Positions 22,282 to 37,167 of a DNA stretch of 64,000 nt are shown here, in pieces. Each line of letters starts with the position of its first letter. Position 1 is the first letter of the stretch. Position numbers and translations under genes: made by a program. Origin of the DNA: the human T2T-CHM13v2.0 reference genome, Homo sapiens; the NCBI RefSeq assembly GCF_009914755.1, contig NC_060931.1; one strand, given 5' to 3'. Below the pieces are notes generated by a model that was not told where the DNA came from, did no database searches, and was given only the letters and a program-made list of their open reading frames with translations.

Positions 22282-24779
22282 TCTGAACTTTGTCTGGATA
22301 GCGACGGAGGGTGTCTGAGCAAAGCACGATGTTCTCAGAGCCATCCAGAGACTGGGAACTCTGTCCTACCAAAATGGGTGCACCCAGAGGAGCTGGAAGA
22401 TAGAGATGCCCTGTGGGTGACTCATCTGGTTGCCCCTTGGTGGCACTGAGCCAGGCAACAAGCGGGAAAGGCTTGTCAATGATAACGGCAAGACCAACGA
22501 TCACCAGGCAGCCAGGTGCACCCGGTAGCCCTCTGTGGGCAATTCTGCATGTATGACCTTATTTAGTCATACAGCTAGGCAAGGAGGTGACACTAAGCAT
22601 TTGAGTACTGATGGGGTCTTGAATGAACAAGTAAATGAATGAATGAATGGATGGTGGCCGATGACTGTCATCTCTAGTTCTTACATTATGTATCTTATGC
22701 ATCAGACTACACGGCATGGATATTCAGTGCAATGGATTTGATTGTGAATTGAGGCCCCCTTTTGCAATCTTGTTGCATGTTATGTTCGTGGAGCTCCTGC
22801 AATGAGCAGAGGCTGCTAAGCAGAAGCAGCGCACAGGCTGGGGGCAGGACACAGGGCCCCCGGCCTCAGGGGAGAGGTCTGTTCCAGCCACCTCAAGTCT
22901 ATTCCTGTGAGTGCCCCTCCACACCCCTCCTGGATCCCCCCACTGCAAACTCTCTCCCCCTGGCTCCGGACTCTCTCCCCGTCCTGGAATTAATAAAGAC
23001 TCTGTGCAGACTGCGGTTTGCAAGTCTGAAAGCTGGTTCCTGCCCGTGTCACTGCCTCGAGAAGAGAGGGGTCCAGCTCCCCACAGTAGCCCCTGCCTTC
23101 CTCCTTCCCAGGCAGGCGGAGGCACGCAGATATACCATTGACTTCCCCTCCCCTGCAGCAGGCACATCCTGGGCATCGAGCTTCAGACCCTGCCCCTGAG
23201 CAGCCCCTAACCCCACCAACAAAGGGTGGCTTGGGGGGGCTTTCACCCCAGCATAATCTCCATCAGCTACCCTCAAAGCACCCCCAAATAAACACACACC
23301 GTAAGTAAGAGCTGTACACTGGCTGTGTGCGTACATCTTCAAGACAATTCTCCCAGCATGCCCCTACCTTCCAAAATTCCAGAGCTGCTCCCTCCAAAGA
23401 CCCAGGGAAAAGGAAGGGTTTGTCCAGGGTCCTGGGGTGGCCCCGTATAGACCAAAGCCTGATAACTGTCCTAGAAGCAGAGTACTTGCAGAGCGAGTGA
23501 CGGCAACTGTGGTATTGACACCAGTCCTAGCACCAGCTGAACACAGAGCATTTTTGATCTAGCAGAAATACAAGACCACGTTGTATTTGTCTTTGCAATA
23601 ATCTCTTAGCTAGGAATACTGATCACCTGTAGACAGATAAGGAAACTGATGCTCTGTGGAGAGGTTTTCCTACCAGAAAGGCTAGAGCCAGAAATTTACT
23701 TCTAGGTCCACCAATACCTGCCTTTGACCAATGCCTGCATTTGACCTTTCCACGCTGAGCCACCCCTGCTGGCACTCCAGACTGCCACAGTGCTCCTGCC
23801 TCCACAAGGGGTCTTTAACTCATCCCTCGGAGCCATCGTGGTGCAGGGAAAAGCCCACAGGGCGTGTGGCTTCCATGCTGTTCCCTGACTGGCTGTGACC
23901 TAGGACAAGGAACAAGTTTCCCTCTCCTATTCTCTAGGTCTCACATTTCTTCTCCTCTAGCAGTAGTGGGAAGTGAGGGGTGGGGGACACGACCCTCCCC
24001 TGTTCCATCCCACACTCCAACCCCCAAAATCCCCCAGGGTCCCCGTCCAGCTCAGTCCTGGGGGCAGAAATGCAGAGTTCTCCAGGAACGTGGTCCCAGC
24101 TGTTTCAGTGCAGGCCGCCCCCTCCTGGCCACCAGCGGAATGTCAGCCTTCCCAGAGGGGCCGGGAGAACAGCAGTCGAGAAGCTCCCAGACTGGTGTGG
24201 GCGCTAGCTGTGCTCAGCGTGGGGATGGGAGGTGACCCAGTGATAATGGGAAGCTGGGCTGCCTGTCAGTCTGCGGGGGGCTCCCACCTCCCTGTTCCCC
24301 CACAGGGCACCTGGGGATCCAGCCTGATTTTTACCAGACCCTGCGGCCTGCATGGGGCTGGGTATAGGGCTGTGACCTTGACCCATGCAGAATAGAACCC
24401 TGTGTGTCGGGATCCTCCATGTGCTCCAGATGCCCCTGGGGACAGCACCAACATGGCCTTAACTCCCAAGCCATTCCCCTGCCTCTAACCCCCTGGCATC
24501 TGCAGGCATCCACCCCAGACCCACCCAACACCTCCTCCCCAGCTTCAGGCGCTAGGCAGAGACCTTGGCCCCTGCAGAATGCAGCCCTGTCCAGGGTCCC
24601 CTACCTTCCCCCCAGATCCCTCCCAGAGCAATACCAACCCGGGCCTACCTTCCAGGCCATTCAACCTGCAGCCCCCCGGCCTCTGTAGACATCGCACCCC
24701 CCAAACCCCCAGACCTGCCCAATGCCTCCCCTCCCCAGCTTTGGGCAGAACCTGTCTCTAGCCAGACCTGGGGGTGTTG

Positions 24780-25323
24780 GGGAGTCTGGAGGGCCGGGGT
24801 GGGGGCTGAGGCGCGGGACAGCTGGCCCGTATCCTCACACTGGGCCCGGGGCCCAGCCGGAGGGGCGGGGGCCTGGCCACTCGGGCCTTGGCTGGGGCTG
24901 GGATTTTTGGCCTGGCCGCCAGGCCCTCCCTTCTGCTTCCTCTCCCGAGGGCTGTCCTGGCAGAGGCCCCCCTCGCTCTTTCTGGCGGGAACAGGGCCAG
25001 CAGCGAAAGAACAGTCGCAGAGGGAAAGCGGGAAAGAGATGGGGGAAAGTGTGTGTGTGTGAGTGTGTGCTTGTGTGCATGTGTGTGCGTGTGTGTGTCA
25101 AGGAAAAAAGCTCGCAGTCCAGCAGCCCGGGCCTGGGAGGCTTGTGAGCCGGGCCTTTCGTAATTGTCCCCTCCCCGCGGCCCCCTCCCCCAGGCCTCCC
25201 CCCTCTCCCGCCCTCCCGCCCGCCCTCTCTCCCTCCCTCTTTCCCTCACAGCCGACGAGGCAACAATTAGGCTTTGGGGATAAAACGAGGTGCGGAGAGC
25301 GGGCTGGGGCATTTCTCCCCGAG
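24780..25323 (+). promoter_or_regulatory. ELN: ELN proximal promoter / 5' UTR, GC-rich, no canonical TATA
   Basis: CpG-rich; GC box GGGGCGGGG 24862-24870, CCCGCCC boxes near 25207-25225, CAAT 25264, ATAAAA 25280-25285, GT-rich tract 25049-25098 directly upstream of ATG. Confidence 0.85.
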
Positions 25324-25405
25324 ATGGCGGGTCTGACGGCGGCGGCCCCGCGGCCCGGAGTCCTCCTGCTCCTGCTGTCCATCCTCCACCCCTCTCGGCC
25401 TGGAG
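25324..25405 (+). CDS. ELN: ELN exon 1, signal peptide [27 protein letters not shown]
   Basis: Kozak gagATGG, 82 nt, donor GAG|gtaagg. Confidence 0.98.
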
Positions 25406-27659
25406 GTAAGGACCCCTCGCCCCTGTCCCCAGCGCTGCCCACAGCTGCGGGCCCTTTGGGCCAGGTGACTAGACGCTCAAGGGGGAGACCTTCGTCCCTG
25501 GGAACTGCAAGGGGTCCCAGGTGGGAGCCCCTCAGCCACTGGGTCCTCGGAACTGCCCCTCCCAGGAGCCAGCCCCGTGCCCAGGAGGAACCTGTCAAAG
25601 AGACACCCTCGACTCAGAATAGTCCCAGCCCAGCATCCAGGCTTTGCTGCCCTGCGAGGGCTGAGGGGGCCCCTGCTCAGGTGCCCGGGTGCCCGCCCTG
25701 TAGGGGGATCAGAGCATCCTGGGGGAGGGCCCAGCGGGAACCCCTGGGTCTGGAGACACCACAGTCTGCACACCTGTGGACACAGCTGGGGTGCACACCA
25801 GCCCTGGGGACAGGGAACCTGGGCTTGATACCAGCTCAACCGCAGTGAGCTGTGTGACCTCAGCAGGTTCCTTGACCCCTGGGAAGCCGGGATCCCCCCG
25901 TCAGGAAGGTCAGGGCTCCGCTGAGGATGGGTTTGCAGGTTGGGAAGCTGCTGCTGTGTTCTCCCTGCTGAGGCAGGCAGGGACTCCTGGTATGCATTTG
26001 TGTGTGTGTGTGTGTGTGCATGCACACAGGAATGAGCGTGCTGTGTGCTCGTGTGTGTATGTGTGCATGCACAGGTGTGCATGTGTGCAGATGCCCGGCT
26101 GTGTCACTGAACAGGGAAAGGGATTTCTGGAGGGGTACATATGTCTGCTCACAGGTTCATCCTTAGGCAGGTGTATGCGTATGTTTGGAGGAGGTATATG
26201 AAGCTGCTCCTTAGTGTGTGCAAAAGTCTGCCACCTGACAGACATGTAGACATGTACACATGTAGACATGGGCGATCTGGCATCCAGGTGTGACACTGGT
26301 GTGGACTGTCACTGTGTGTGTTATGGAGTGTGTACATCTGTGTGTGTGAATGTGTGTGCGATGTGGCACGCAAGCATGGAAAGGCGGGCTGGAGAAGGTG
26401 TCTGTCTCCTGGCAGAGGCAGTGTGGCTGAGACAGAGGCTGGAGTGGATCCTGGGGCACTGCTGGGCCATCTGCTATGTGCCCCAACCCAGGCACAGTTG
26501 GTTATGGGGTTTGAGGGTGTGCCCTGTGGGGCTGCTATGCCGCGGCCAACGGGGGAGGACAGAAGAGGCTCCCGGGCATGGGAAAAAGGAGGGCATTTGG
26601 TAGGGGGGTCTGGGTGGAGTCTGGTTTCCTCGGGAGTCCTCCTTGCCATGAGAACCAAACGCTGAGTGGGGGGCGGGAGGGCCACGGGGTGGAGTCAAGG
26701 GCCTGGGCAGGAGCTGCAGCTGTTTCCGTGAGATTGAACAGCTTCCTGTGCAGGGTCCGCTGCTGGACCTGGATGAGGCCAAGGGACATGGGTACCCACA
26801 GGCGGGCCCCAGCAGGGGCAACGAGCCAGGGCCTGAAAGCAGCAGCCCCGGGTCCGTCTCAGCCTCCTCCCCAGGTGTAGCCCCCAAACACCCAGCCACC
26901 CTTCTTCCCAGATGGGGCCACCACCTATAGGGTGGCAGTTCATCATCAAGGAACCTTGAGAATTAGAAATTATTATCATCACTTGACAAACAAGGAAGCT
27001 GAGGCTCCGGCAGGCTAAGGCAGTCCCCGGGGGTTAGTATCAGCCAGCTCTCTGCCCCAGGTCAAGGGGCAAGGGGGTTAGGAGTGAGCTAGCAGGCAAC
27101 ATTTGGGGAGGGGAAGGCTTGGGGCTGAGTCCTTAAAGCAGGCATGCCCTAGGCAGAATCAGCTCTCTCCTTGTGTCCTCAGTGACACCGCTAAACGCCC
27201 AGCTGGCCTCACACTTTGCAGAGATCAATCTCAGCTCTGTCCCAGGTGGCTGGACTTGCTAGGTCCAAATAAGGGGTGTGTGAACTGATGAGCTCGTGTG
27301 GGGTTTTGCACAGAAGTGCTACTGAAGTCTGCAGAGGTCGGGGAGCCAACACAGGGAGTGGAGCGCTCAGTCACATGCTCACTGCCACTCACCTGGCTGT
27401 CCTGGGGGAGCCTGGCTTCTCCCTCAAGGAGGAGGGTGTCACTTATGCAAGTTCAGCGGCTCCAAGGAAGGAACCCTGTTGCGGGGGTGGGGGAGCAGGA
27501 GGAGGGGACAAGCCGCACAGCTCCCAGGCTGTTTCAAAAGTGAGCATGAGAAATTAACCCAGGGATAATTCTTCCCCATCCCCCAGAAATAGTATCAGGG
27601 ATTTTTTTTTTTTTTTTTTTCCTGATTTCAGAACTGAAGATGGTTTGGAACAGAGGTTT

Positions 27660-28923
27660 CCTTTTCTTTTATTTTCCTTTTTTATTTTTATTTTTTTACC
27701 TTTTTTATTTTTTTTAAATTGAGACAGGGTCTCGCTGTGTTGTCCAGGCTGGTCTGAATTCCTGGGCTCAAGTGATCCTCCCACCTCCGCCTCCCAAAGT
27801 GCTTGGATTACAGGCATGAGCCACTGCCTCTTTTTAAATATTTTTTTAATTATTGTTTTCCGTCCTTAAGTAGGAACAGGGGTTTTCAACCTGGCTATCT
27901 ATTAGACTTCCCACCCAAGAATCCCTGCTTGCTTTGGTTGGAGAGGGACCTGGACACAGACTTTTCAGGCTTCCCAGGTGACGGTGGGGTCGCCAGGGCC
28001 AAGAAGCACTGGTTTAGAGGTCGATCCCGCTCTGTGTGTCTGCCGAGGCCCCGGCATGAGGGCAAATGTGCCCTGTGTGGGAGGGGACACAGTCACCCAG
28101 TGGAGGACAGCTTGTTTTTGAAAACCCTTGGCAGCCTTCTGCATGCAAACAACAAACAGCTTCGTGTGGTCTTATCTGCTCCCCAAGCCAGCCCCCTGGA
28201 CTTTGGTTTGGCAAAGCCCCCTGCCAAGATCGGCTGGCCCCAGGCTCGCTCCCAAACAGGCTGCTTCCAGCTCTTTGAACCTGGAGCCCAGGGCCCAGGC
28301 AAATGGCCCTACATGTGACTTGGGGTCAGCTGGGGGTCCCAGACCAGGCTCTTCAGCTCACTGGTTCTCCATTTCCCTGGCTGCAAAATGGGGAGAAACA
28401 GCCCTGCCTGAAGTACCTCCTAGGGCCAGTGAGAGCTTCTAGCAATGTAATATCTGGGGGGAAAAAAAGCATCAAATAAAAGGACCGTGGGAATGGGCAT
28501 TTTTAAAATAATCTATTCTCTTATTCAGAGTCTGCTAATTTGGGCTCATGGATCCTTGTAATTAGTGCACATTGCTAAGGTTTAATACTCCCTCTCACTA
28601 CTTACACCATGTTTTGTCTAGTGGAGGGGCAGCTAATGTGTAAATAGATGTGCAATGATGAAAGAAGCAGACAGGACTCGGTTGGGGGTGGCCAGAAGGA
28701 GCCTTGAGAAATCCAGGAAGGCTTCCCAGCAGAAGTGACATTTGAGTTAAACCTAAAGAGAAAAGTAAATGGGGCCAGGTGCAGTGACTCATGCCTGTAA
28801 TCCTAGCACTTTGGGAGGCCCACATGGGCAGATTGCTTGAGCCCAGGAGTTTGAGACCAGCCTGGGCAACATAGGAAGGCCCCCGTCTCTATTTAAAAAA
28901 TAAATGAATATTTAAAAAGAAAG

Positions 28924-28954
<31 letters not shown>

Positions 28955-29055
28955 AAGGAGAGAGAGAGAGACAGAAAGAAAGAAAGGAAGGAAGGAAAGA
29001 AGGAAGGAAGGAAGGAAGGAAGGAAGGAAGGAAGGAAGGAAGGAAGGAAGGAAAA
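27660..29055. mobile_element. Alu monomers in intron 1 (antisense about 27660-27827; sense about 28773-28905 followed by (GA)n/(GGAA)n 28915-29055)
   Basis: FLAM-like single arms; GGAA tandem repeat. Confidence 0.85.
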
Positions 29056-31589
29056 TGTTGGAGGACCTGTCTGTGGATGAGGGGTAAGTCCCCAGACTAC
29101 AGGCCCTGGCAGGCAGAACTGAAGAGACAGAAGAGCAGATTCTCGATTGGAGGAAGCCCTGTCTGCAGTTAGTGCTGACAGCATTTGGAGGTGGTGATTT
29201 TCCCATCATGGGAGGTATGCAAGCAGAACACGAAGGATGTTTGTGGAAGGAGGTCCAGCCCAGGCCAGAAGACTATTATGATCCCTGAGAGTCTAGGATC
29301 GTGATTCTAAGATGCAAGAGACAAGTTCCACCCTGGGCTAGTCGGTGAAACATGCCAAAACCACATAAAACAAGACAAGTGTTCTCCAGGCCAACTGCTT
29401 AGGGCCAGCTGAGCAGCACAGTCAGGGAGAGCCGTGGGCTCGGGAAAGGCAGGCGGGAGAGTCTGAGCTCAGCCCTGGTGCGGGGGTAGGACTTGGACAG
29501 AGGCAAGGACATTCCTGGCAGGAGAAACGGCTTGTGCCAAGGAGTGGAGGGAGAAGTGAGGATGCCCCACGGGGCCTGGGGAAGCAGCTGTTACCTTTTC
29601 AAAGTCCTTTCCAATTTCCAGCTGCTGTCATTTTATTCTCACCTCTCTCACTTGCAGAGAGGCAGGAATCCTTCGTAGCCCCTAAACCTTCTCCATTTCC
29701 TCATTGCAAAGTGGGGATTAAAACCTCGGGCTCCCCAGGCCGTCAGGTTCAGGCATGAAGTTTGGCAAATGCCACCATCATCAGGGTCTGAACGGTGGGG
29801 GTGGAGAGTGGGGACAGAGGAGATCTGGGGGAGGGGAAGCTAAGTCTTCCCCCCAGAAAGTGCCTGGGGTGCAGGAGGGCAGAACCCCAGGAGAAAGGAA
29901 GTCAGGGTTCAGCCAGGCCCAGGGGCTCAACAAGCCCAAGGCAGGGGGACTCCCAGGGCAGATGGGGATGAAACAGGTTAGAGCTGGATTCACAGACAAC
30001 CACCCTGCCACCCCTCTACTTAATTCACCCATCATGTATTGAGTAACTACTGCATACCTGGCCCTGGGCCACGGACTGTGCAGTGAAATGGGAAAAAATG
30101 AAACGTAAGTGCCACTGTCTTTTTATTTTTGAGCAATTACTGTCTGCCAGGTCCAGAAGAGGACATAGCCTATTACTTGAACCCTTTTACAACTTGCAGC
30201 AACCTTGCAACCTTGCAGCAACCTTGCAACCTTGCAACAACCAAGTGATTATCTGCCCCATGTCACAAAAAAGGAAACCGATGTTCAGAGAGGTTGAGTG
30301 ACTTTCCCAAGGTCGCACAGATGGTAAGAAGCAGCGAAGGCAGAATTAGAAGCCAGAGGGGTCTGTTCTGAGCACTTTGCTCTTCCCCCCACCTCCACCA
30401 CACTGTTCCCTGCAGTCTGCTCTGGAGCCAGAGAGTAGAGAGGAAGGGAGAGAGGCACGTGAAGAATGAGGGAGAGGGGGAGAAAGAGGAGGAAGGAGAG
30501 AGGCCGAGGCAGAGAAAGACGCATAAGAGACTGTTGAGAGCTGGAGGCCGGAGCCAGGGAAGGCATCAGAGGCCCGAGGCGGGCCATGTGTGTGCTTGGC
30601 AGCGGATGACAGGGCCCAAGTGCTCCTTCTCAGCAGGCCCAGCCCCCCTGGGGCCACCACTCCGAGCCTTGAGGTTCTGACCAGATTACTTGCACACTTC
30701 AGGCCTGGACTGCAGTGCCTGAGGAGCCACAAGCCCTGGGAGGGGGTGGCGCCGGGGTCTTGGCTCCGGTGGCTGTGACAGCTCCACAGCCCTGACCCTG
30801 CTGGGCTGCAGCTGAGGCTGACAGGGCCCTGGGGCCAGCAAGCCCAGCTGTGCAGCGTCGCCAGGCCTCAGAGGCCAGACGTCTGGCCGCGAGGCCTCCC
30901 TGGACACATTGCAGAGACACCCGTTCCCCCAGCCCCGCCCATGCCCCACGGGGCTCCCGGCCCCTTTCAGCAAAAGCAGTAAGGGAGGGCTGGGCTGGGG
31001 CGTTGGCAAGGTGGCTTGTCAAGCTCAGAGGGGGGCCTTCTGAGGTGGAGGCAGGGCCCCCGGTTTGGGACCCTGTCTGTTGCCATGGCGATGGCTCAGG
31101 CAGGGTCTGGATCCAGCATCACAGCGTTCCCCAGTGAGAGCTTCACTGGTCCATGGGGACTGAACTCGTGATCCTGTCTGGCCGGTGAATTCGCTTTTCC
31201 TTAGGAAACTATTCACTGTGCTCATTCATGGCGTCCCCCTGCGGCCCCGGCGCCTCCTAAGACAGCCCGTGTCAGACGGCCAGAGCCCCACCCAAGCTCG
31301 GCTGCCCAGTGGCTGAGGACGCTGACCTCACGCCGTCCTATCAGTGTGGGAATGGCTGCATTTGTGCTGGCAGCTGCACCTCCTTAATGCTCGCTGTAGC
31401 AGCCCAGCCTGCCCTTCCCAAAGCTCTGGCCTCTACCCGGCAGCTCAGCTCGGGAAGGGAGTGGGCTGCCTGGTGAGAGGTGCTCAGACCCAGTGTCTTC
31501 CACCCCAGGCCCTCTCCCTGACTCCAGGGAGAACCAGGTAACACAGCAAGAACAATCATACTCTAAGGACTGGCAGCAGGGCGCAGGGG

Positions 31590-32258
<669 letters not shown>

Positions 32259-32394
32259 TGATGATAGTAAGCCCTGCCCTTCCAACTTCACAGGCCGATT
32301 TCAAAGAGCAAGAATGAGAACACACTTTGTAAACAGAAACTGCTCTGGAGACAAGCAATGTCATTATTGCCATCAGCATTATTCTTGTTTCCAT

Positions 32395-32458
32395 GTAATT
32401 GTGGGTTTTGCCATTGAAAGTAATGGCAAAAATCGCAGTTACTTTTGCACCAGCCTAA
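32395..32458. mobile_element. MADE1 mariner MITE, left TIR truncated
   Basis: gtaattgtgggttttgccatt-gaaagt-aatggcaaaaatcgcagttacttttgcaccagcctaa followed by TA. Confidence 0.88.
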
Positions 32459-32502
32459 TAGTTCTGGCTCCTGGAGGACTGACTCTACCTGTTTCCTTTC
32501 AG

Positions 32503-32553
32503 GGGTCCCTGGGGCCATTCCTGGTGGAGTTCCTGGAGGAGTCTTTTATCCAG
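32503..32553 (+). CDS. ELN: ELN exon 2 [17 protein letters not shown]
   Basis: tttcag| 51 nt |gtaacg. Confidence 0.97.
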
Positions 32554-32726
32554 GTAACGTACATGAAACTTCCACACACCCAGGTCATGCGGATGATGCT
32601 GATGTCCATAATAGATGCACATTTTGACACTACAGAAGGTAGGAACATTGACACGCCTACCAGAAGTCACACCCACTTAAAAATGCAATTAACAAGACAT
32701 TGATTTACAGCTATTAAGAGCATACA

Positions 32727-33457
<731 letters not shown>

Positions 33458-33693
33458 GCATTTGAGTGTACAGAAGTGACCTGGAAGTGGGGAGAGACGC
33501 CAGCACTCCCCCAGATACATACTGACACTGGACTACTGGCCAAGCAGAAGAGAAAACCGAGGCTTGCAGAGAGCAGGTCTTGCCCAAGGTCACGTAGTTA
33601 GGCAGAGGTGGATTCAGCCATAGCTGGGGGTGGCAGCGGGCTTGCCTGGCAGAAGTACCGATGATCTCTCTTTCTCTTTCTCTCCCCCCACAG

Positions 33694-33723
33694 GGGCTGG
33701 TCTCGGAGCCCTTGGAGGAGGAG
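33694..33723 (+). CDS. ELN: ELN exon 3 GAGLGALGGG
   Basis: ccacag| 30 nt |gtgagc. Confidence 0.96.
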
Positions 33724-33756
33724 GTGAGCTCAGAAACCACACTTGTTCATCACTGA

Positions 33757-34632
<876 letters not shown>

Positions 34633-34845
34633 CATCATCCCCTTTTGAGGCTGAGACTCTGGGACTCAGAGAGTATAAACCACGAGTTAGAAGTAGAGCT
34701 AGGTTCCCAGGGGCTCCAAGTCTGAGCGGGAGGACCTGGGGTGTGTGATTCCACACTGCCCACACTTTGCCCGGGTTGGGGGTTGGATAAGTAGTAGATG
34801 GATAAGCTGGGCCACCCCATTCACTATCTTCTCTTCCCTCTGCAG

Positions 34846-34878
34846 CGCTGGGGCCTGGAGGCAAACCTCTTAAGCCAG
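34846..34878 (+). CDS. ELN: ELN exon 4 ALGPGGKPLKP (KP cross-link)
   Basis: ctgcag| 33 nt |gtaaga. Confidence 0.96.
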
Positions 34879-37137
34879 GTAAGACCCAAGGCCTCGGAGC
34901 ATTGAGAGACAGCGAGGGAGCTGGGGAGGGAGGAGCCTACCCAGCTGGGAATGGGACAAGGAAACTAGGAACAGGACAAGGAAGCCAACGGGCAGGAGGA
35001 AGGAGGGAGGTGTGGACACCGATTAGCCTCCCAAGGATGAGTAGGCCGGGGCCAGGTCCCAGGGCTTCCAGGAACAAGAGGCTGGAAGCAGCTCCATGTC
35101 CTCCCTGTGTGAGGGCGTCTAGCATCTACCCTACATGTGCATGTGTGTTCACCCAGCTGTCCAGAGACTCCTCTCTGCAAAGGAGAGGCTGTTAGAGGCA
35201 ACATCAGGGATTGCTCCGGTTCCAGTGGCCTCCAAGCCTTACATGACCCTCGGGAGCTCAGACACAGATCCTCAGCCCCAGACTTCCCCTGAGTGGTCCC
35301 CTAGCCCTTGACCCCAGACCAATACCCCAGATCACCCTGACCTTGATGCCATTCTGAGCCCTTCTCCTGACTCCAGATGGAGCACTGGTCTCAAGCCAAA
35401 GCTTAACCCCAGCCCAAGCCCTGAGCCTAATCCCAGGCTGAACCCTGACCCTGCTGACCCTGGTCCCACAGGACCCCCAATCCTGGCCTTAGGCCAAGCC
35501 CTGACCCCAAGCCCAAGCTGAGCACCGACCATGGCCCCGGATAAGCTCCCCTCCTAATCTCAGGCCCTTTCCAGCTGTGTCCAGACCACGGAGTTTTCCA
35601 GTAAGAAGGTGTGGCCGGATCTATCCTGGCCTCGCCCAAGGGGCTGGGATCTGCCACGAGGGTCCACTCTCAGCTCTGGGGAATGCACCCCCAGGAAGGA
35701 AGGTGGGGCAGGTCCCTCCGGGAAATACTGGCGGATAAGGAGCAGGTGGAGGAAACAGCGTCTCTGTCCAGATTGATGGTCCCTCGGCATGAGACGCTCC
35801 ACATGTGACTTTGGCCGCCCCACACCCTGAGCTGTGTTGCCCTGGCTCAGAAGCCCAAGTCTCCAGGACACAGTTTAGATGTCCAAGAGCTCTTATGAAA
35901 TCCTGATAGTTGATAATCCAAGTGCAAATGAATCTTCAAGACCCAGATTCCCCTGCGCTAAAAGTCCATCTGGGTTGTGAAACACCAGGGCTGGAGCCAG
36001 GAGAGGCGGGAGAACGGGGTGCCTGGGGTCTACAGGGCTCTGCAAGGCCAGGAGACCCTGGGAGCTTGCCACTTATCCCCGCCAGCACCTATACCCTGTC
36101 TTCCTGGAGCAGGTGAGGGTTCTTAGCAGGGTCTTTGACGGTGAAGAGAGGACAGGGGAGATGATAGTGGTGCAGAGGTGTGGAGGTAGGTCTGTGCTTG
36201 GCCTAGAAGACCCAAATTGAGGAGGTTGTGCCTGCAAAGCTGGAGGGTACATTCATTGATCCCACTAGGAGCAAGAGACACATAGCAGGTTGTGGTTAAA
36301 CACCAGAGGAAAGACAGACAACTCCCTACGAAGTTCCAGGATGTGTAGTTGCAAAAGTGAAGCTTTTGTTAATGAAAGATTTAGGTTAGACTTCTGAAAG
36401 AACTTCCAGCTCAGGGTGAAGGAGTCAATCCAAAGGAAAGTCAGAGCATCTCCTTCTGATAAAAAGGGCAGTGTTTCCAGGCAAGGGGCTGGATTCCATG
36501 ACCTCCCCGAAGACTCAGGGCTACAGAAGGGTCGGCAGAGCCCCCATGGCACCCCCAGGGAGGCCCCCACATCCGGGCTGCCAGGACGTCTGGGCCTGCC
36601 CAGGCAGGATGGAATGGAGCACAGGCAGCGCGTGTCATGCTTGGGAACAATTAATCCCTTGGTGACAGAGGGTGGGTGGCCTGGCAGCTGCTTTTCCACG
36701 TGGGCGCCACCACAGGTCCAAGCTGGCCCTGCCCTGCCTCAGCTCTCAGCGGGGGACCAGGCAGCTGGAAGCCTGCACACCCAACACCCTGAGCACTAGC
36801 CAGAGGCCAGCCGCCCACTGAGAGGGGCACGGGCATGGACAAGAAGGAACTGGGAGCACCCACTGTGTGCCCTGGGTAGGTTGCACAACTAGGTGCTTTC
36901 TGCACACATGCTCACTGGTCCCAGCAAGGCAGGTGATATAATGGCCATTTTGTAGATGGCAAAAACTAAGCCTCATCGGAGAGGCAAATTGACCTGCTTG
37001 TGCTCATGGAGGCTGGGTAGCAGCAGCAGGGTCTGAATCTAGAACTCTCTGACTCTAGAAAGAAGGAGGATGGAGCTGGCCAGGTCCCTGGACTCCCAGC
37101 TGTGGTCAGCCCCTCCCCGCTTTCTCCTCCTTTCCAG

Positions 37138-37167
37138 ATGCTAGAATCCTTGGGGCATTTGGGGCAG
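37138..37167 (+). other. Cryptic/vestigial elastin exon between exons 4 and 5 (DARILGAFGA)
   Basis: tttctcctcctttccag| 30 nt |gtgagt; phase 1, stop-free, elastin-like peptide. Confidence 0.7.

Noticed and set aside
25063-25848. 261-aa ORF spanning exon 1
   Set aside because: Non-ATG start in a GT repeat and read-through past a strong donor; only 25324-25405 is genuine CDS
26240-26272. Four CATG cores resembling a p53 element
   Set aside because: Period is 8 bp rather than 10, and the 3' YYY flanks do not match
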